A stretch of 64,000 nt of DNA from Mobula hypostoma (taxonomy: Eukaryota): assembly GCF_963921235.1 (NCBI RefSeq), contig NC_086097.1, positions 251,722,001-251,786,000 on the forward strand, in the 5' to 3' direction. Positions within the stretch are counted from its first letter, which is position 1; each line of letters begins with the position of its first letter. The notes under the pieces were generated by a model. It was given only the letters and a program-made list of their open reading frames with translations, was not told the DNA's origin and searched no databases. Position numbers and translations under genes: made by a program. Shown one piece after another: positions 13,156 through 26,492 of this stretch.

Positions 13156-13378
13156 TAGTCATAGTCATACTTTATTAATCCTGAGGGAAATTGGTTTTCG
13201 TTACAGTTGCACCATAAATAATTAAATAGTAATAAAACCATAAGTAATTAAATAGTAATATGTAAATTATGCCAGGAAATAAGTCCAGGACCAGCCTATT
13301 GGCTCAGGGTTTCTGACCCTCCAAGGGAGGAGTTGTAAAGTTTGATGGCCACAGGTGGGAATGACTTCCTATGACGCT
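13155..13378 (-). mobile_element. Rex1/Babar-type 3' end (same family as 25085-25755)
   Basis: Near-identical to 25085-25310, (ATAGTC)n tail. Confidence 0.8.
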
Positions 13379-13399
13379 TCCTATAACCAATAATAAGTT

Positions 13400-14806
13400 A
13401 TTATTGTATTTTTTCTCTCAGATCAAGCTGGTAAAACCTGAGATACTGGCATAGCCAAGTCATTAACATAGAATAGGCAGAGGCTGATAGATTCTTGAAT
13501 GGTCATAGCACAAAGGGATATGGGGAGAAGGCAGGGGATTGGGGCCAAGAGGGAAAATGAATCAGCTATGATGGAATGGCCTAATTCTGTTCCTATGTCA
13601 TATGGTCTTATGGGCATAGCCAAGCACAATCATTACTCAATTGCTAAGAACTTTCTGACTATTCCAGTGGTGTTTAGTATTTTGGCTTTCTGAAGATTTA
13701 CATAGATATTCCTTTGTAGGTCTGATTGTTTAATACTATTACTGTTGGACAATGTATACCCCGTTCATGTTCCATAGTCTTTCAATTTCCTCTTTGAATT
13801 CAGCATATTTCTGGTGTTTTTCACTTCTTGATTTCTGTAAGTTATGTGTGTTTGGAATGGCTACATCTATTAAGTAAGTTCTTCTTGCTTGTTTATCCTG
13901 TAATATTATATCTAGATCGTTATATGGATTGTCCTATCTGTAATAACGGATCTGTCATAATACAATTTGTGGGATTCTGACTCTAAAACTGGATCAGGCT
14001 TGTATATACAGTCAGGTATGATTTATTTTATGAGTTTGTATTTTAAAGCAACATTTTGGTGAATGATTTCCCACTTGATTGTGCCTGTATAAGTAATCAG
14101 ATTGAGTTAAACAGCTGCAGGATCCTGCAATGTGTTGGATTGTTTCCGGTTTCTCTTGGCATATTCTACATTATTCCTCTTGAATTTGTTGGTCTTTTGT
14201 TAAAGCAACACACACATAATGCTGAAGGCACTCAGCAGGCTAAGTAGCATCTATGGAAAAGAGTAACTGGTCAGTGTTTTGGGCTGAGACCCTTTATCAG
14301 GACTGGAGGGTCCTGATGAAGGATCTCGGCCCGAAATATCTAGTCTTCCATGGAGGTCATGCTCTTCCATTGGTTAACCTTTCCTTCTGTAGTGATAATT
14401 TATTAATTTTTCAGGGCTGTGCTCTCATTTAACTTTAGTGGTGTATACTTCTTATTGGAATTGCATATGCTTGCATGGAGTGCTTAATCCCGTTTCCGTT
14501 GATGAAAATATACAAGTTTTATCTGATGGTTGCGGAGATTTTTAATGTCTGTTACTTCTCTTCCTCCCCTTGCTCTAGGCAGTGTTAATCTAAGTTACTT
14601 CAAGTGTGCATAGTTCTTTCTAAAATTTTTTATTTTTCTTTGTAAATTTTCCAGATCAGTTTTGGCCCAAGATAAACAATATGCTAATATGGGAATAGTA
14701 AAGTGTTTATTGCCTTTGTTACACTTTTACTTTTGATCTCTGATTGACAGGTTTTCTTAAACCTTGAAGTAAATTCTGTTGAAAGATTTCAATAATTACT
14801 TTTTAT
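13400..14806 (-). mobile_element. R4/Dong-clade (restriction-like endonuclease) non-LTR element, copy 1, decayed
   Basis: Reverse reading gives KAINT..IPIL, QHIAGSCS, TDRTIH..DIILQDKQART.YLIDVAIPNTHNL, KYAEFKEEIERLW; contains a CR1 tail (12-bp TSD GGCATAGCCAAG, 13448-13459/13613-13624) and an inverted pLTR insert (~14205-14350). Confidence 0.75.
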
Positions 14807-16437
14807 GATTATTATTATTAAATTAATTTTTTCTCAGCTCAGGCTGGTAAAACCTGAGGTACGGGCATAGCCAAGCACACTTATTTCTCAATCGGTGGGA
14901 ACTTTCAGACTATTCTAGTGGTGTTTAATATTGTGGCTTTCTGGAGATTTACATAGATATTACTGTGCAAACCTAATTGTTTAATGCCATTGTGTAGTGC
15001 CTTTGGGATGATACCAGTTATAGATATTACTATCGGGACAATGTATACCCTGTTTATGTTCCATAGTCTTTCAATTTCCTCTTTTAATTCAGCATATTTC
15101 TGGTGATTTTCACTTATTGATTTCCGTAAGTTATGTGTGCTTGGAATGGCTGCATATTGCTTGTTTATCCTGTATTATTATAGTTATTATGGATTGTCCT
15201 ATCTGTATTAATGGATAAATCGTAATATAATTTATGGGATTCTGGCTCTAAAACTGGATCAGGCTTGTATTTATATGAAGCTATGATGTCTTTTATGAGT
15301 TTGTATTTTAAGGCAAGATTTTGGTGAGTGATTTGCCACGTGATTGTTCCTGTGTAAGTGATCAGATTGTGTTAAACTGCTACAGGATCCTGTAATGTGT
15401 TGGATTGTTCCTGGTTTTCCATGGCATTTTCTACATTTATAAACTTGAATTTGTCAGTCTTTTATTGTGTATTTTTGATATTCTTTTGTATTAATCACCT
15501 GGTCTTGTACTGCCACAAGGAGCCCTTCCAGGAAGTTCATGAGGATGACTTCAGGAATGAAGGAGTTAACATATGAGGATCATTTGGCAACTTTGGGCCT
15601 GATCTCGCTGGAACTTAGAAGAATGCGGTGGGAGGGGGGATCTCATTGAAACCTACTGAATGTTAAAAGTAAAAGGACTAGATAGGGTGGATATGGACAC
15701 GAGGAATTCTGCAGATGCTGGAAATTCAAGCAACACACATAAAAGTTGCTGGTGAATGCAGCAGGCCAGGCAGCATCTCTAGGAAGAGGTACAGTGACGT
15801 TTCGGGCCGAGACCCTTCGTCAGGACAGATGTGGTTGTGGAGATCTCCATGGCGGGGGTACCCAGAACTAAAGAGCACAGCCTCAAAATTGAGGGGTGAC
15901 CTTTTAGAACAGAGATAAAGAGGAAGTTTTTTTTAGCCAGAGAGTAGTGAATCTGTGGTCTGCTCTGCCCCAGACTGCAGTGGAGGCCAAGTCCGTGTGT
16001 ATATTTAAGGCAGAAGTTGATCGTTTCCTGATCAGTCAGAGCATAAAAGGTTATGGCGAGAAGGCAGGTGTATGGGGTTGAATGGGATCCAGGATCAGCT
16101 AAAATGGAAAGGCGGGTTGAATAGCTGAATTATGTCTTATGGTCTTATGGTCTGTATTACCACAAGGAGCCCTCTGTTTCTGGGAAGAGATCTCCAATTC
16201 TGAGCCAGGCGTACGACACTTCCTTGTTGACATCTAGTCTGTTCAGATTGTGGGGATGTGTTCCGTGGAGGGTCATGCTCTTCCATTGGTTAACTTTTTC
16301 TTCCATGGCGATAATTTCTTCATTTTTCTGGGCTGCACTCTCATTTAAGTTTAGTCGTGTATAATTCTTATCAGAATTGCACACGCTCACATGGAGTACT
16401 GCATCCTGATTTCGTTGATGAAGGTAAGTGAAGTTAC
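14807..16437 (-). mobile_element. R4/Dong-clade element, copy 2, interrupted by CR1
   Basis: LHGTHPH..LFPETEG, CRKCHGKPGTIQHITGSC CCHC-like motif, IVPIVISITGIIPK..LQKATILNTTRIV; 3' end abuts (TTA)n. Confidence 0.8.
15527..16153 (+). mobile_element. CR1 3' fragment (itself containing a pLTR/hammerhead insert ~15695-15826)
   Basis: 14-bp TSD CCACAAGGAGCCCT at 15513-15526 and 16160-16173; (GTCTTATG) tail. Confidence 0.85.
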
Positions 16438-17166
16438 TCACACTGATTCAGGAGCCTGATGATTGAGGGTAATAATTGTTCGTGAACACAGTGCTGTGGG
16501 CCCTGAGGCTCCTGTACCTCCTGACAGACTGCAGTAGTGAGAAGAGAGCTTGGCCTGGATGGAGGGGGTCCCTGATAGTGGCTGCTGCTTTCTCATGGCA
16601 GCACTCCATACCGATGTGCTCGGTGGCAGGGAGCACATATGCAGAAGAACAATGGTCTGGGAAAGCAGACATCTTGATCATTGAGGAATTAATCCAAGCA
16701 AGCAGTGGGAACTCCCTTCATTTGGCACCAATTTAAAAAGCTGCAGTCAGGTCTGAGCCTAGCACCCGCCGGCCTTCTGAACCGTTTCAATTCAGCCTCT
16801 CTCTGAAGAACAGACATGGAGGTGTTACAGTGTAAAAAGGGTAGATCTGACGGGTTGAAACTGGAGATCCATAAGTGTCCAAATTAGCAACGGTGTTCCT
16901 GGACTCATTTCTGTCTGCGTTAACATCACTTTGAGTCAGATTCAGATTCAGCTATATTTATCACGTGTACATCGAAACAACCCATGAGTACTACCTCACT
17001 GGTCTTTGCTCTCTTTTTGCACCACTTAATTAATTTTATATATATTTCTTATTGTAATTTATATTTTTTGTGATTTGCAAAGTGCTGCTGCGGTAAAACA
17101 ACAAATTTTGCTGCAAATGCCAGTGAATTAAACCTGATCCTGATCCTGATTCTGCTTGTGAAATAC

Positions 17167-19350
17167 ATGAGACCGTAAGACTGAGGAGCAGAATGAGGCC
17201 ATTTGGCCCATCAAGTCTCCTCCAGCATTCAATCATGGCTGATGCCTTTTTCCCCTCCTCAGTCCCACTCCCTGGACTTCTCCCCGTAACCTTTGATGCC
17301 ATGTCCAATCAAGAACCCATCAAGCTCTGCCTTAAATACACCCAATGATCTGGCTTCCACTACTGCCTGTGGTAATAAATTCCACAAATTCACAACCCTC
17401 TGATTAAAGAAATTTCTCCGCGTCTCTGTTTTAAATGGATGCCCCTCTATCCTGAGGCTGTGCCCTCTTGTCCTAGACTCTCCCACCATGGGAAACAGCC
17501 TTTCTACATCTACTCTGTCTCGGCCTTTCAACATTTAAAAGGTTTCAATGAGATTCCCCCTCAGCCTTCTTTAATTTCTAGCGAGTACAGACCCCAGAGT
17601 CATCAAACGTTCCTTGTATGATAAACCTTTCATTCCCAGGATCATCCTTGTGAACCTCCTCTGAAACCTCTCAAATGCCAGCACATCTTAGATGAGGGGC
17701 CCAAAACTGCTCACAATACTCAAGGTGAGGCCTCAACAGTTCCTTGTAAAGTCACAGTATCACATCCCTGCTCTGTAATTCCAGACCTCTTGAAATGAGT
17801 GCCAACATGGCGTTTGCCTTCCTCACCACTGACTCTAACTGTAAGTTAACCTTCTGGGTGTTCTGCACAAGGAATCCCAAGTCCCTTTGCATCTCAGATT
17901 TTCAGATTTTCTCCCCGTTCAGACAATAGTCTGCACATTTATTTCTACTACCAAAGTGCATGACCATGCATTTTCCAACATTGCATTTAATTTGCCACTC
18001 TCTTGCCCATTCTCCTAATCTGTCTAAGTCCTTCTGCAGCCTACCTGTTTCCTCAAAACTACCTGTCCCTCCACCAATCTTCGTATCATCTGCAACTTGG
18101 CAACAAAGCCATCTATTCCATCATCTAAATCATTGATACACAGCATAAAAAAAAGCAGTCCTAACACCAACCCCTGCGGAACACCACTATTTACTGGAAG
18201 CCAATCAGAAAAGGATCCTTTTATTCCCACTCATTGTCTCCTGCCAATTAGCCAATGCTCTAACCAGGCCAGTAACTTTCCTGTAATACTACGGGCTCTT
18301 AACTTGGTAAGCATCTTATCAAAGGCCTTCTGAAAGTCCAAATATACAACATCCACTACATCCCCTTTATCTATCCTACTTGTAATTGCCTCAAAGAATT
18401 CCAACAGCTTTGTCAGGCAAGATTTTCCCATTAAGGAAACTATGCTGACTTTTTCCTATTTTGTCCTGTGTCACTGACTACTCCATAACCTCATCCTTTA
18501 TAATTGACTCCAACATCTTCCCAACCACTGAGGCTGCAGTTCATCTGGTCTGGGTGACTTACGCACCCTTAAGTCTTTCAGCTTTTTGAGCATCTTCTCC
18601 CTTGTAATATTAACTGCACTCACTTCTCTTCCCTCACACCCTTCAACACCTGGCACACTGATTGTGTCTTCCACAGTGAAGACTGATGCAAAGTATTTAT
18701 TTACTTCATCTGCCATCTGTTTGGCCCCTGTTATTATTTCTTCATCCTCATTTTCTAGCAGTCCTTTATCAACTCTCACCTTTCTTTTATTTTTTTTACA
18801 TACTTGAAAAAGCTTTTACTATCCACTTTGATATTGTCTGATAGCTTGCTTTTATATTTCATCTTTTCCCTCCTAATGATTCTTTTAGTTGACTCCTGTA
18901 GGTTTTTAAAAGTTTCCCACAAATTTTTGCTTTGTTGTGTGCCCTCTCTTTTGCTTTTACATTAGCTTTGACTTCCCTTGTCAGCTACGGTTGTACTATT
19001 TTGTCATTTGAGTATTTATTTGTTTTTGGAGTACATCTATCCTGCACCTTCCTCATTTTCCCCAGAAACTCACACCATTACTGCCCTGCTGACATCCCTG
19101 CCAGCATCTCCTTCCAATTTACTTTGGCCAACTCCTCTCTCATACCACTGTAATTTCCCTTACTCCACTGAAATACTGCTACATCAGATTTTACTTTCTC
19201 CCTGTCAAATTTCAAGTCGAACTCAATTATACTGTGATAACTATTGTGTCTCCTAAGGGTTCTTTTACCTTAAGCTCCCTCATTGCCTCCGGTTCATTAC
19301 ATAACACCCAATCCTGGATACCTGATCCCCTAGTAGGCTCAACAACAAAC
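17167..19350 (-). mobile_element. Decayed 2.2-kb CR1 LINE
   Basis: Fragmented ORFs 18024-18230, 18231-18431, 18498-18779, 17259-17534 with GVPQGLVLG, DFQKAFDK, YFASVFT. Confidence 0.9.
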
Positions 19351-19520
19351 ATCATTCGTATCAATAACCAACACATCCATGGATATGCTGGGAGTGGCTA
19401 GAAGTGTCACCACAGTTTCCAGCGTCAACATCGCATGTCCACAATGTTCAGCACAGCAACACAATCAACAACAATAAAACAAAACAGTATAACAGCAATG
19501 CCCACATACAAAGGTACATG

Positions 19521-19823
19521 TACACAGCGACACACACACATACACACACACACACACAATGACACACACACACATATACACACACATACACACACTCATA
19601 CACACAGCGACACACACACACAGCAACACACACACACACACACAGACACAGAGACACATGCGTACACACACACACACAGCAACACACACAGACACACACA
19701 CAGCAACACACACACACACACACACAGACACAGAGACACATGCGTACACACACACACACAGCAACACACACAGACACACACACACACACAGACACAGAGA
19801 CACATGCGTACACACACACAGCA

Positions 19824-19855
<32 letters not shown>

Positions 19856-20630
19856 ACACATGCGTACACACACACACACACAGCAACACACACAGACACA
19901 CACACACACACACACACAGACACACGCGTACACACACACAGCAACACACACACACACACACACACACAATGACACACACACACATATACACACACATACA
20001 TACACACACACATACACACACAGACACACACACACAGCAACACACACACACACACAGACACAGAGACACATGCGTACACACACACACAGACACACACACA
20101 CACACACACAGACACAGAGACACACGCGTACACACACACAGCAACACACACACAGACACACACAATGACACACACACACATATACACACACATACACACA
20201 CATACACACAGCGACACACACACACAGCAACACACACACACACACACACACAGAGACACATGCGTACACACATACACACACAGCAACACACACAGACACA
20301 CACACACACACAGACACAGAGACACACGCGTACACACACACAGCAACACACACACAGACACACACACACACACACACACAATGACACACACACACATATA
20401 CACACACATACACACACATACACACAGCGACACACACACACAGCAACACACACACACACACAGAGACACATGCGTACACACACACACAGAGACACATGCG
20501 TACACACACACACAGACACACACACACACACACACACACACAGCAACACACACAGACACACACACACACAGACACAGAGACACACGCGTACACACACACA
20601 GCAACACACACACACACACACACACACACG

Positions 20631-20685
<55 letters not shown>
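19521..20685. repeat. Compound (CA)n microsatellite array, ~1.17 kb
   Basis: CA runs punctuated by recurrent CAGCAA, CAGAGA, TGCGTA, CAATGA, CATATA motifs. Confidence 0.98.
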
Positions 20686-20955
20686 GTTTTGATCTGGCCC
20701 TTCAGCGCTGAACTGAATCTGCAGCTGCAGCCTACTACCATCGTCACAGCTGAGGACTCACTTTTGGGGAATCCGCAGTTAATGTTATTTGTTTACTTTT
20801 TATTGTTTGCATATTTGGTTCTTTTTTTCAACACATTGAGTGTTTGACCATCTTCGGGTTCTTGTATTTCTTCGTTTTGTGGCGTGCTGTGTAAGGGGAT
20901 GATTCTCAAGGTTGTATATGGATACATACTTTGATCATAAATGTACTTTGATCTT

Positions 20956-21058
20956 TGAGTCCTGATGAAGGGTCTTGGCCCAAAATGTCGACTGTTTACT
21001 CTTTTCCATGGATGCTTCCGGACCTGCTGAGTTCCTCCAGCATTTTGTGTGTGTTACT
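20956..21058 (+). mobile_element. Penelope pLTR-derived short element, degenerate hammerhead
   Basis: GTCCTGATGAAGGGTCTTGGCCCAAAATGTCGAC...GCTGAGTTCCTCCAGCATTTTGTGTGTG. Confidence 0.7.
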
Positions 21059-21703
21059 GTAGTACGCTATTCTTTTCCTTCCAATAGTTTGGAGGTTTTT
21101 TATTGCTTTGGCACCTTCAGAGTTAACTATCCAAAAGTTTAGGTGTAGAAATCCCTGTGATATACTGCGTTGGGGTTATGGTGCTGGTCGTTAGCGCCTG
21201 TCATTTTTCAAAGCTGTCACCACGCTGTCTCCCTGCGGAGGGGATGAAAACCAAAGAGGCAGGATAGTGGAGGAAAGGTCTGCCCTCTCCCAGCACCAAA
21301 ACCCTCTTGAGTAATATGTGACATGAAACCTAGTAACCAACCAGAACCTCATGCTCACGGGGAAGTTAAAAGCGTGAGACAAGCAGGGAGTTGAAAAGGC
21401 TAAGGATTTTAAATGTGGTCACAGTTCAGTTGCTCCTCTGTAATGAGGATATAATTTCCATCTTACAGAGCGTTTGAATTTCTATAGTGTGGGATTCTAA
21501 GTTATTTATGGGTGTATCCATGTGTGTACTGATAGGCAGAAAATACTGAGTGTGATGATGTTTTAATAACTTTCAGAAAGAGTTTTGCAAGTTTACTTGT
21601 ACAATATGATGATAGGCTTGAATACTATTTTGTTATCTTTTTGCACTATTTGTTTGTTTTCTATTGCTTTTGTAATTTTGCTACAATGCATTTTATTTTT
21701 ATT

Positions 21704-22405
21704 CCATTGAAAGTAGTGTCACAGGTAGATAGGGTCGTAAAGAAAGCTCTTGGCAGATTGGCCTTAATAAATCAGCGTACTGAGTACAGGAGATGGGATG
21801 TTATGTTGAAGTTGTATAAGATGTTAGTGAGGCCTAATTTGGAGTATTGTGTGCAGTTTTGGTCACCGACCTACAGGAAAGATGTAAATAAGGTTGAAAG
21901 AGTGCAAAGAAAATTTACGAGGATGTTGCTGGATCTGGAGAATCTGAGATGTAAGAAAAGATTGAATAGGTTAGGACTTTATTCCTTGGAACAGAAGATT
22001 GAGGGGAGATTTGATAGAGCTATACAAAATTATGAGGCGTAGATTAGATGCAAGCAGGCTTTTTCCACTGAGGTTGGGTGGGGCTACAACTAGAGGTCAT
22101 GAGTTAAGGGTGAAAGGTGAGAAGTTTAAGGGGAACTTGAGGGGAAACTTATTCACTCAGAAAGTGGTTGGAGGAAAGTATAGGAGGATGTCAGAGGTAG
22201 GTTTTTTACACAGAGAGTGGTGAGGCAGGTACGTTAAAGACATTTAAGAGACTCTTAGATAGGCACATGGATGATAGGAAAGTGAAGGCTATGTGAGAGG
22301 GAAGGGTTAGATTGATCGTAGAGTAGGTTAAAAAGGTGGCACAACATTGTGGGCTGAAGGGCCTGTACTGTGCAGTAATATTCTATCTTCTATGTTCTAT
22401 GTTCT
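21704..22405 (+). mobile_element. CR1 3' fragments (two subfamilies joined)
   Basis: LKVVSQVDRVVKKA..LVRPNLEYCVQFWSP; (CTATGTT)n tail. Confidence 0.85.
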
Positions 22406-22857
22406 ACTCTTTTGTGTCTTCAGCTTTATATTTTTCATAAAATAGGTTATCTTCATATTGGCATTTTTCAATGGGCTGTTTTAGAGAATTGGGCGAGATA
22501 AGTGCAGTACATCCCGTAATATATCTTCCTCATAAATGAGAATTAATGGAGTATGAAGCAAAGTTTGCATAGCTCAATCTTTGTCCAAAATGTCTGTTCT
22601 GAGATGTTAAATGCCACTGGCGAAACATTAGGGGTATATCTGGATAAATGAGCACTTCTGCATCTAGCAGAGGACTCCAGACACCAAACTGTCTATTGAC
22701 AGACCCAGCTTGGAAGGAGAGCTTGTACACTCAATCTTAGAAAAGAAAAGCACATAGTTCTGTTGTGATTAGATGAAAACAGATGACTTCTTGACCACAG
22801 ATGATTATCACTGTAACAGGCTAAGCCCCCAAAAAAATGACACTTCACCTTGTTACT

Positions 22858-23830
22858 TACACTCAGTGACCACCTAATTCGTTACCTGCCACATTTAATA
22901 AAGTGTTCACTGAGTTCATGGTCTTCTATTGCTGTAGCCCATCCACCTCAAGGTTCAATGTGTTGTGAGTTCAGAGATACTCTTCTTCACACCACTGTTT
23001 TAACACGAGGTTATTTGAGTTCCTGTCAGCCCGAACCTATCTGGCCATTCTCCTCCGACCTCTCGCATTAACAAGGCCTTTAAGCCCACAGAACCACTGC
23101 TCAATGGATGTTTTTTTTTGTTTCTCGCACCATTCTCTAAGCTCCGGAGACTGTTGTGTGTGAAAATCCCAAGAGATCAGAAGTTTCTGAGATACTCAAG
23201 CCACCCTTCAAAAGTCAAAAATTCAAAGTTCAAAGTAAATTTGCTATGCGGTAGGGAAATTCTAGGCAGTTCCTAGAGTAGGTTACATGGCCGACACAAC
23301 ATTGTGGGCCGAAGGGCCTGTAATGTGCTGTAGATTTCTATGTTTCTATGAATTTATTACCAAAGTACACATATATCACCATGTACAACCCCAAGATTCA
23401 TTTTCTTGCAAGTAGATCAATAAATCCATCATAGAATAATAACCATAATAGAATCAGTAAAAGACTGCACTAACTTGGGCATTCAACCAGTGTACAAAGG
23501 ACACAAACTACCTAAGTACAGAAAGAAAGAAATAATAATAATAATAAATAAGCAATAAATATTGAGAACATGAGATGAAGGGTCCTTCATAGTGAGTCCA
23601 TAGTAGGAACAATCTATGGCTCTGACTCTGTCTGGCACCAACAATTATTCCACGGTCAAAGTTACTTAGATCACATTTTTCCCCATTCTGATGTTTGGTC
23701 TGAACAACAACTGAACCTCTTGAGTCTGCTTGTTTTTATGCATTGAGTTGCTGCCACGTGATTGGCTGATTAGATACTTGCATTAATGAGCAGGTGTACA
23801 GGTGTACCAAATAAGGAGACTGTGTGTATA
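22858..23830. mobile_element. Non-autonomous Tc1/mariner-like element, interrupted; related copy ~36740-37105
   Basis: ACACTCAGTG.CCAC / AATAAAGTG..CACTGAGT terminal motifs shared between copies. Confidence 0.55.
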
Positions 23831-23839
23831 GATATAGAG

Positions 23840-23935
23840 TGATCACTTGAGTTGAGATTGATATTCCCTTAAGAGGTGGTGTACTGGTGGGTCCGCAGGT
23901 GGCTGTAGAGGTCCATCTGGGATCCACATGACCAG
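23840..23935 (-). mobile_element. RTE-clade 3' end fragment
   Basis: Reverse reads CGSQMDLYSHLRTH, same family as 34490-34686. Confidence 0.6.
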
Positions 23936-24450
23936 GATGTTAGAGCTTGCAGCGGGATCTGGAAAAATGGGCTGGAAAATTGCGGATGGAATTAAATGCA
24001 GACATGTGTGAGATGTTGCGCTTTGGGAGGACAGACATGGGTAGGTCTTACACAGTGAACAGCAGGTCACTGAGGAGTGCTGTAGAACAGATGGATCTGG
24101 CAATACAGGTCCATAATTCAATGAAAGTGGCGTCACAGGTAGATAGGGTCATAAAGAAAGCTTCTGGTACATTGGCCATCATAAATCATGTTGTCTCTCT
24201 AACTCTCTTTCCTCAGGGATACAGGGACAACATAAACTGCAGCTGGAATCTGGAGCAATGCACAATCTGCTGGGGAAACACAGTCTTAAAATGTTTTATT
24301 ACAAGGTCTTGCATACTGTTCATAACAGATCAGTTCATTACAGCATGCATTGAGGTAGACGGGAGGGAGACTGGGAGGAGTGAGAAAAGACTCTCTTTGA
24401 TGGTATATTTATTAGTAATGATTTATCCTCACATGTACTGAGGTATATTA

Positions 24451-24872
24451 AACACCGTTCCCACTGTTCACACTGTACACACAGTTCACGCTGTTCACGC
24501 TGTTCTCACTGTTCACACAGTTCACTGTTCTCACTGTTCACACAGTTCTCACTGTACTCACTGTACACACAGTTCACTGTTCATACAGTTCACTGTTCTC
24601 ACTGTTCACACAGTTCTCACTGTTCACACACTTCACTGTTCTCACTGTTCACACAGTTCTCACTGTACTCACTGTACTCACTGTTCATGCTGTTCACGCT
24701 GTTCATGCTGTTCACACTATTCTCACTGTTCACGCCATTCACACTGTTCTCACTGTTCATGCTGTTCATGCTGTTCACACTGTTCACACCGTTCTCACTG
24801 TTCACGCCATTCTCACTGTTCACGCCGTTCTCACTGTTCTCATTGTTCACAGCGTTCACGCTGTTCACACTG
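24451..24872. repeat. 9-bp tandem array (CTGTTCACA/CTGTTCTCA variants)
   Basis: Direct inspection, ~45 units. Confidence 0.95.
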
Positions 24873-25084
24873 CCTAAGGTGGTAGTAGAGACAAACAAGA
24901 GGACTTCTAGGAGATGTTTAGAAAAAGCATGTGAATGTGAGGAAATTGGAAGTATATGGACATTGTGTAGGCAGAAGAGATTAGTTTAGTTGGCCATTTG
25001 ATTACTAATTTAATTGGTTTAATAATTTCATTAAATTGGTTTGGCACAACATTCATGTACTGTACACTGGTGTGCTTCAATTCT

Positions 25085-25755
25085 AGTCATAGTCACAGTC
25101 ATACTTTATTGATCCCGGGGGAAATTGGTTTTCATTACAGTTGCACCATAAATAATTAAATAGTAATAAAACCATAAATAGTTAAATAGTAATATGTAAA
25201 TTATGCCAGGAAGTAAGTCCAGGACCAGCCTATTGGCTCAGGGTGTCTGACCCTCCAAGGGAGGAGTTGTAAAGTTTGATGGCCACAGGCAGGAATGACT
25301 TCCTATGACGCTCTGTGTTGCATCTCGGTGGAATGAGTCTCTGGCTGAATGTACTCCTGTGCCCACCCAGTACATTATGTAGTGGATGGGAGACATTGTC
25401 CAAGATGGCATGCAACTTAGACAGCATACTCTTTTCAGACACCACCGTCAGAGAGTCCAGTTCCATCCCCACAACATCACTGGCCTTACGAATGAGTTTG
25501 TTGATTCTGTTGGTGTCTGCTACCCTCAGCCTGCTGCCCCAGCACACAACAGCAAACATGATAGCACTGGCCACCACAGACTCGTAGAACATCCTCAGCA
25601 TCGTCCGGCAGATGTTAAAGGGTTTCAGTCTCCTCAGGAAATAGAGACGGCTCTGACCCTTCTTGTAGACAGCCTCAGTGTTCTTTGACCAGTCCAGTTT
25701 ATTGTCAATTCGCATCCCCAGGTATTTGTAATCCTCCCAGGTATTTGTAATCCTT
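25085..25755 (-). mobile_element. Rex1/Babar-type LINE 3' fragment
   Basis: ORF 25230-25715 KYLG..DNKLDWSKNT..KKGQSRLYFLRRL..HPLH..KSFLPVAIKLYN; (ATAGTC)n tail. Confidence 0.85.
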
Positions 25756-25807
25756 TACATGGCACTTTGAGGTAGAATCAATAACAGGTAGAATTAGTAA
25801 TCCTCCC

Positions 25808-26492
25808 AGGAGGGGGGGAAAAGATGGCAGTGCGACGGCAGCATGCACGGCCACTTCGGTGATGATATCTGTTATCTGTCAAATAGGGGACCATGCACAA
25901 TTCTGATTTGATGGAGACAGACGTGAGAGTACGGAGGAACATCTGGAAAACTTCTGAAATGCCTGCTTTGCTGCCGCTGCTACTGTGTAGTAACCGGAAT
26001 CTCCGGAGCTGAAGGCCCCGAATCCTCGGCTTTGCGTGTTTCAGCGGCCGGGGTGAGGTCGAAGGCGCTCGGCAGAGGATGGCGCCCAGGAGGCTGTATT
26101 GGAGAGGCTGGTCAGAAACTCGAAGGTTTTGGACAGATGGACTCAGTGTTGGCTGTGGTCGGCTGCTTCCAAGGCATCGGCAAGTTGACGGTGTCTGGAG
26201 GTTTATGGCAGGGAGTTTCTCCCTTTTGCTGCCTGCTATCAGGGACTCAGGAGTCGATCGACTCGGGAACTTTGAGACTTTTTTTTACTGTGCCCATGGT
26301 TTGTTCTTCATCAAATTATGCTATTGCTTTGCACTGCTGTAACTATATGTTATAATTATGTGGTTCTGTCAGTGTTAGTCTTTGGTTTGTCCTGTTTTCT
26401 GTGATATCACTCTGGAGAAACATTGTATCATTTCTTAATGCATGTATGCATTTCTAAATGACAATAAAAGAGGGCTGAGTGTTCTCATAATC
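25808..26492 (+). mobile_element. Non-coding retroposon copy 2 (uninterrupted)
   Basis: AAAAGATGGCAGTGCG start, AATGCATGTATGCATT palindrome, ATGACAATAAA..CTCATAATCT end. Confidence 0.85.

Noticed and set aside
19435..20847. His/Thr- and Cys/Val-rich ORFs of 380-470 aa
   Set aside because: Artefacts of the (CA)n array.
24617..24989. NSVNSE / LFTLFS repetitive ORFs
   Set aside because: Artefacts of the 9-bp tandem array.
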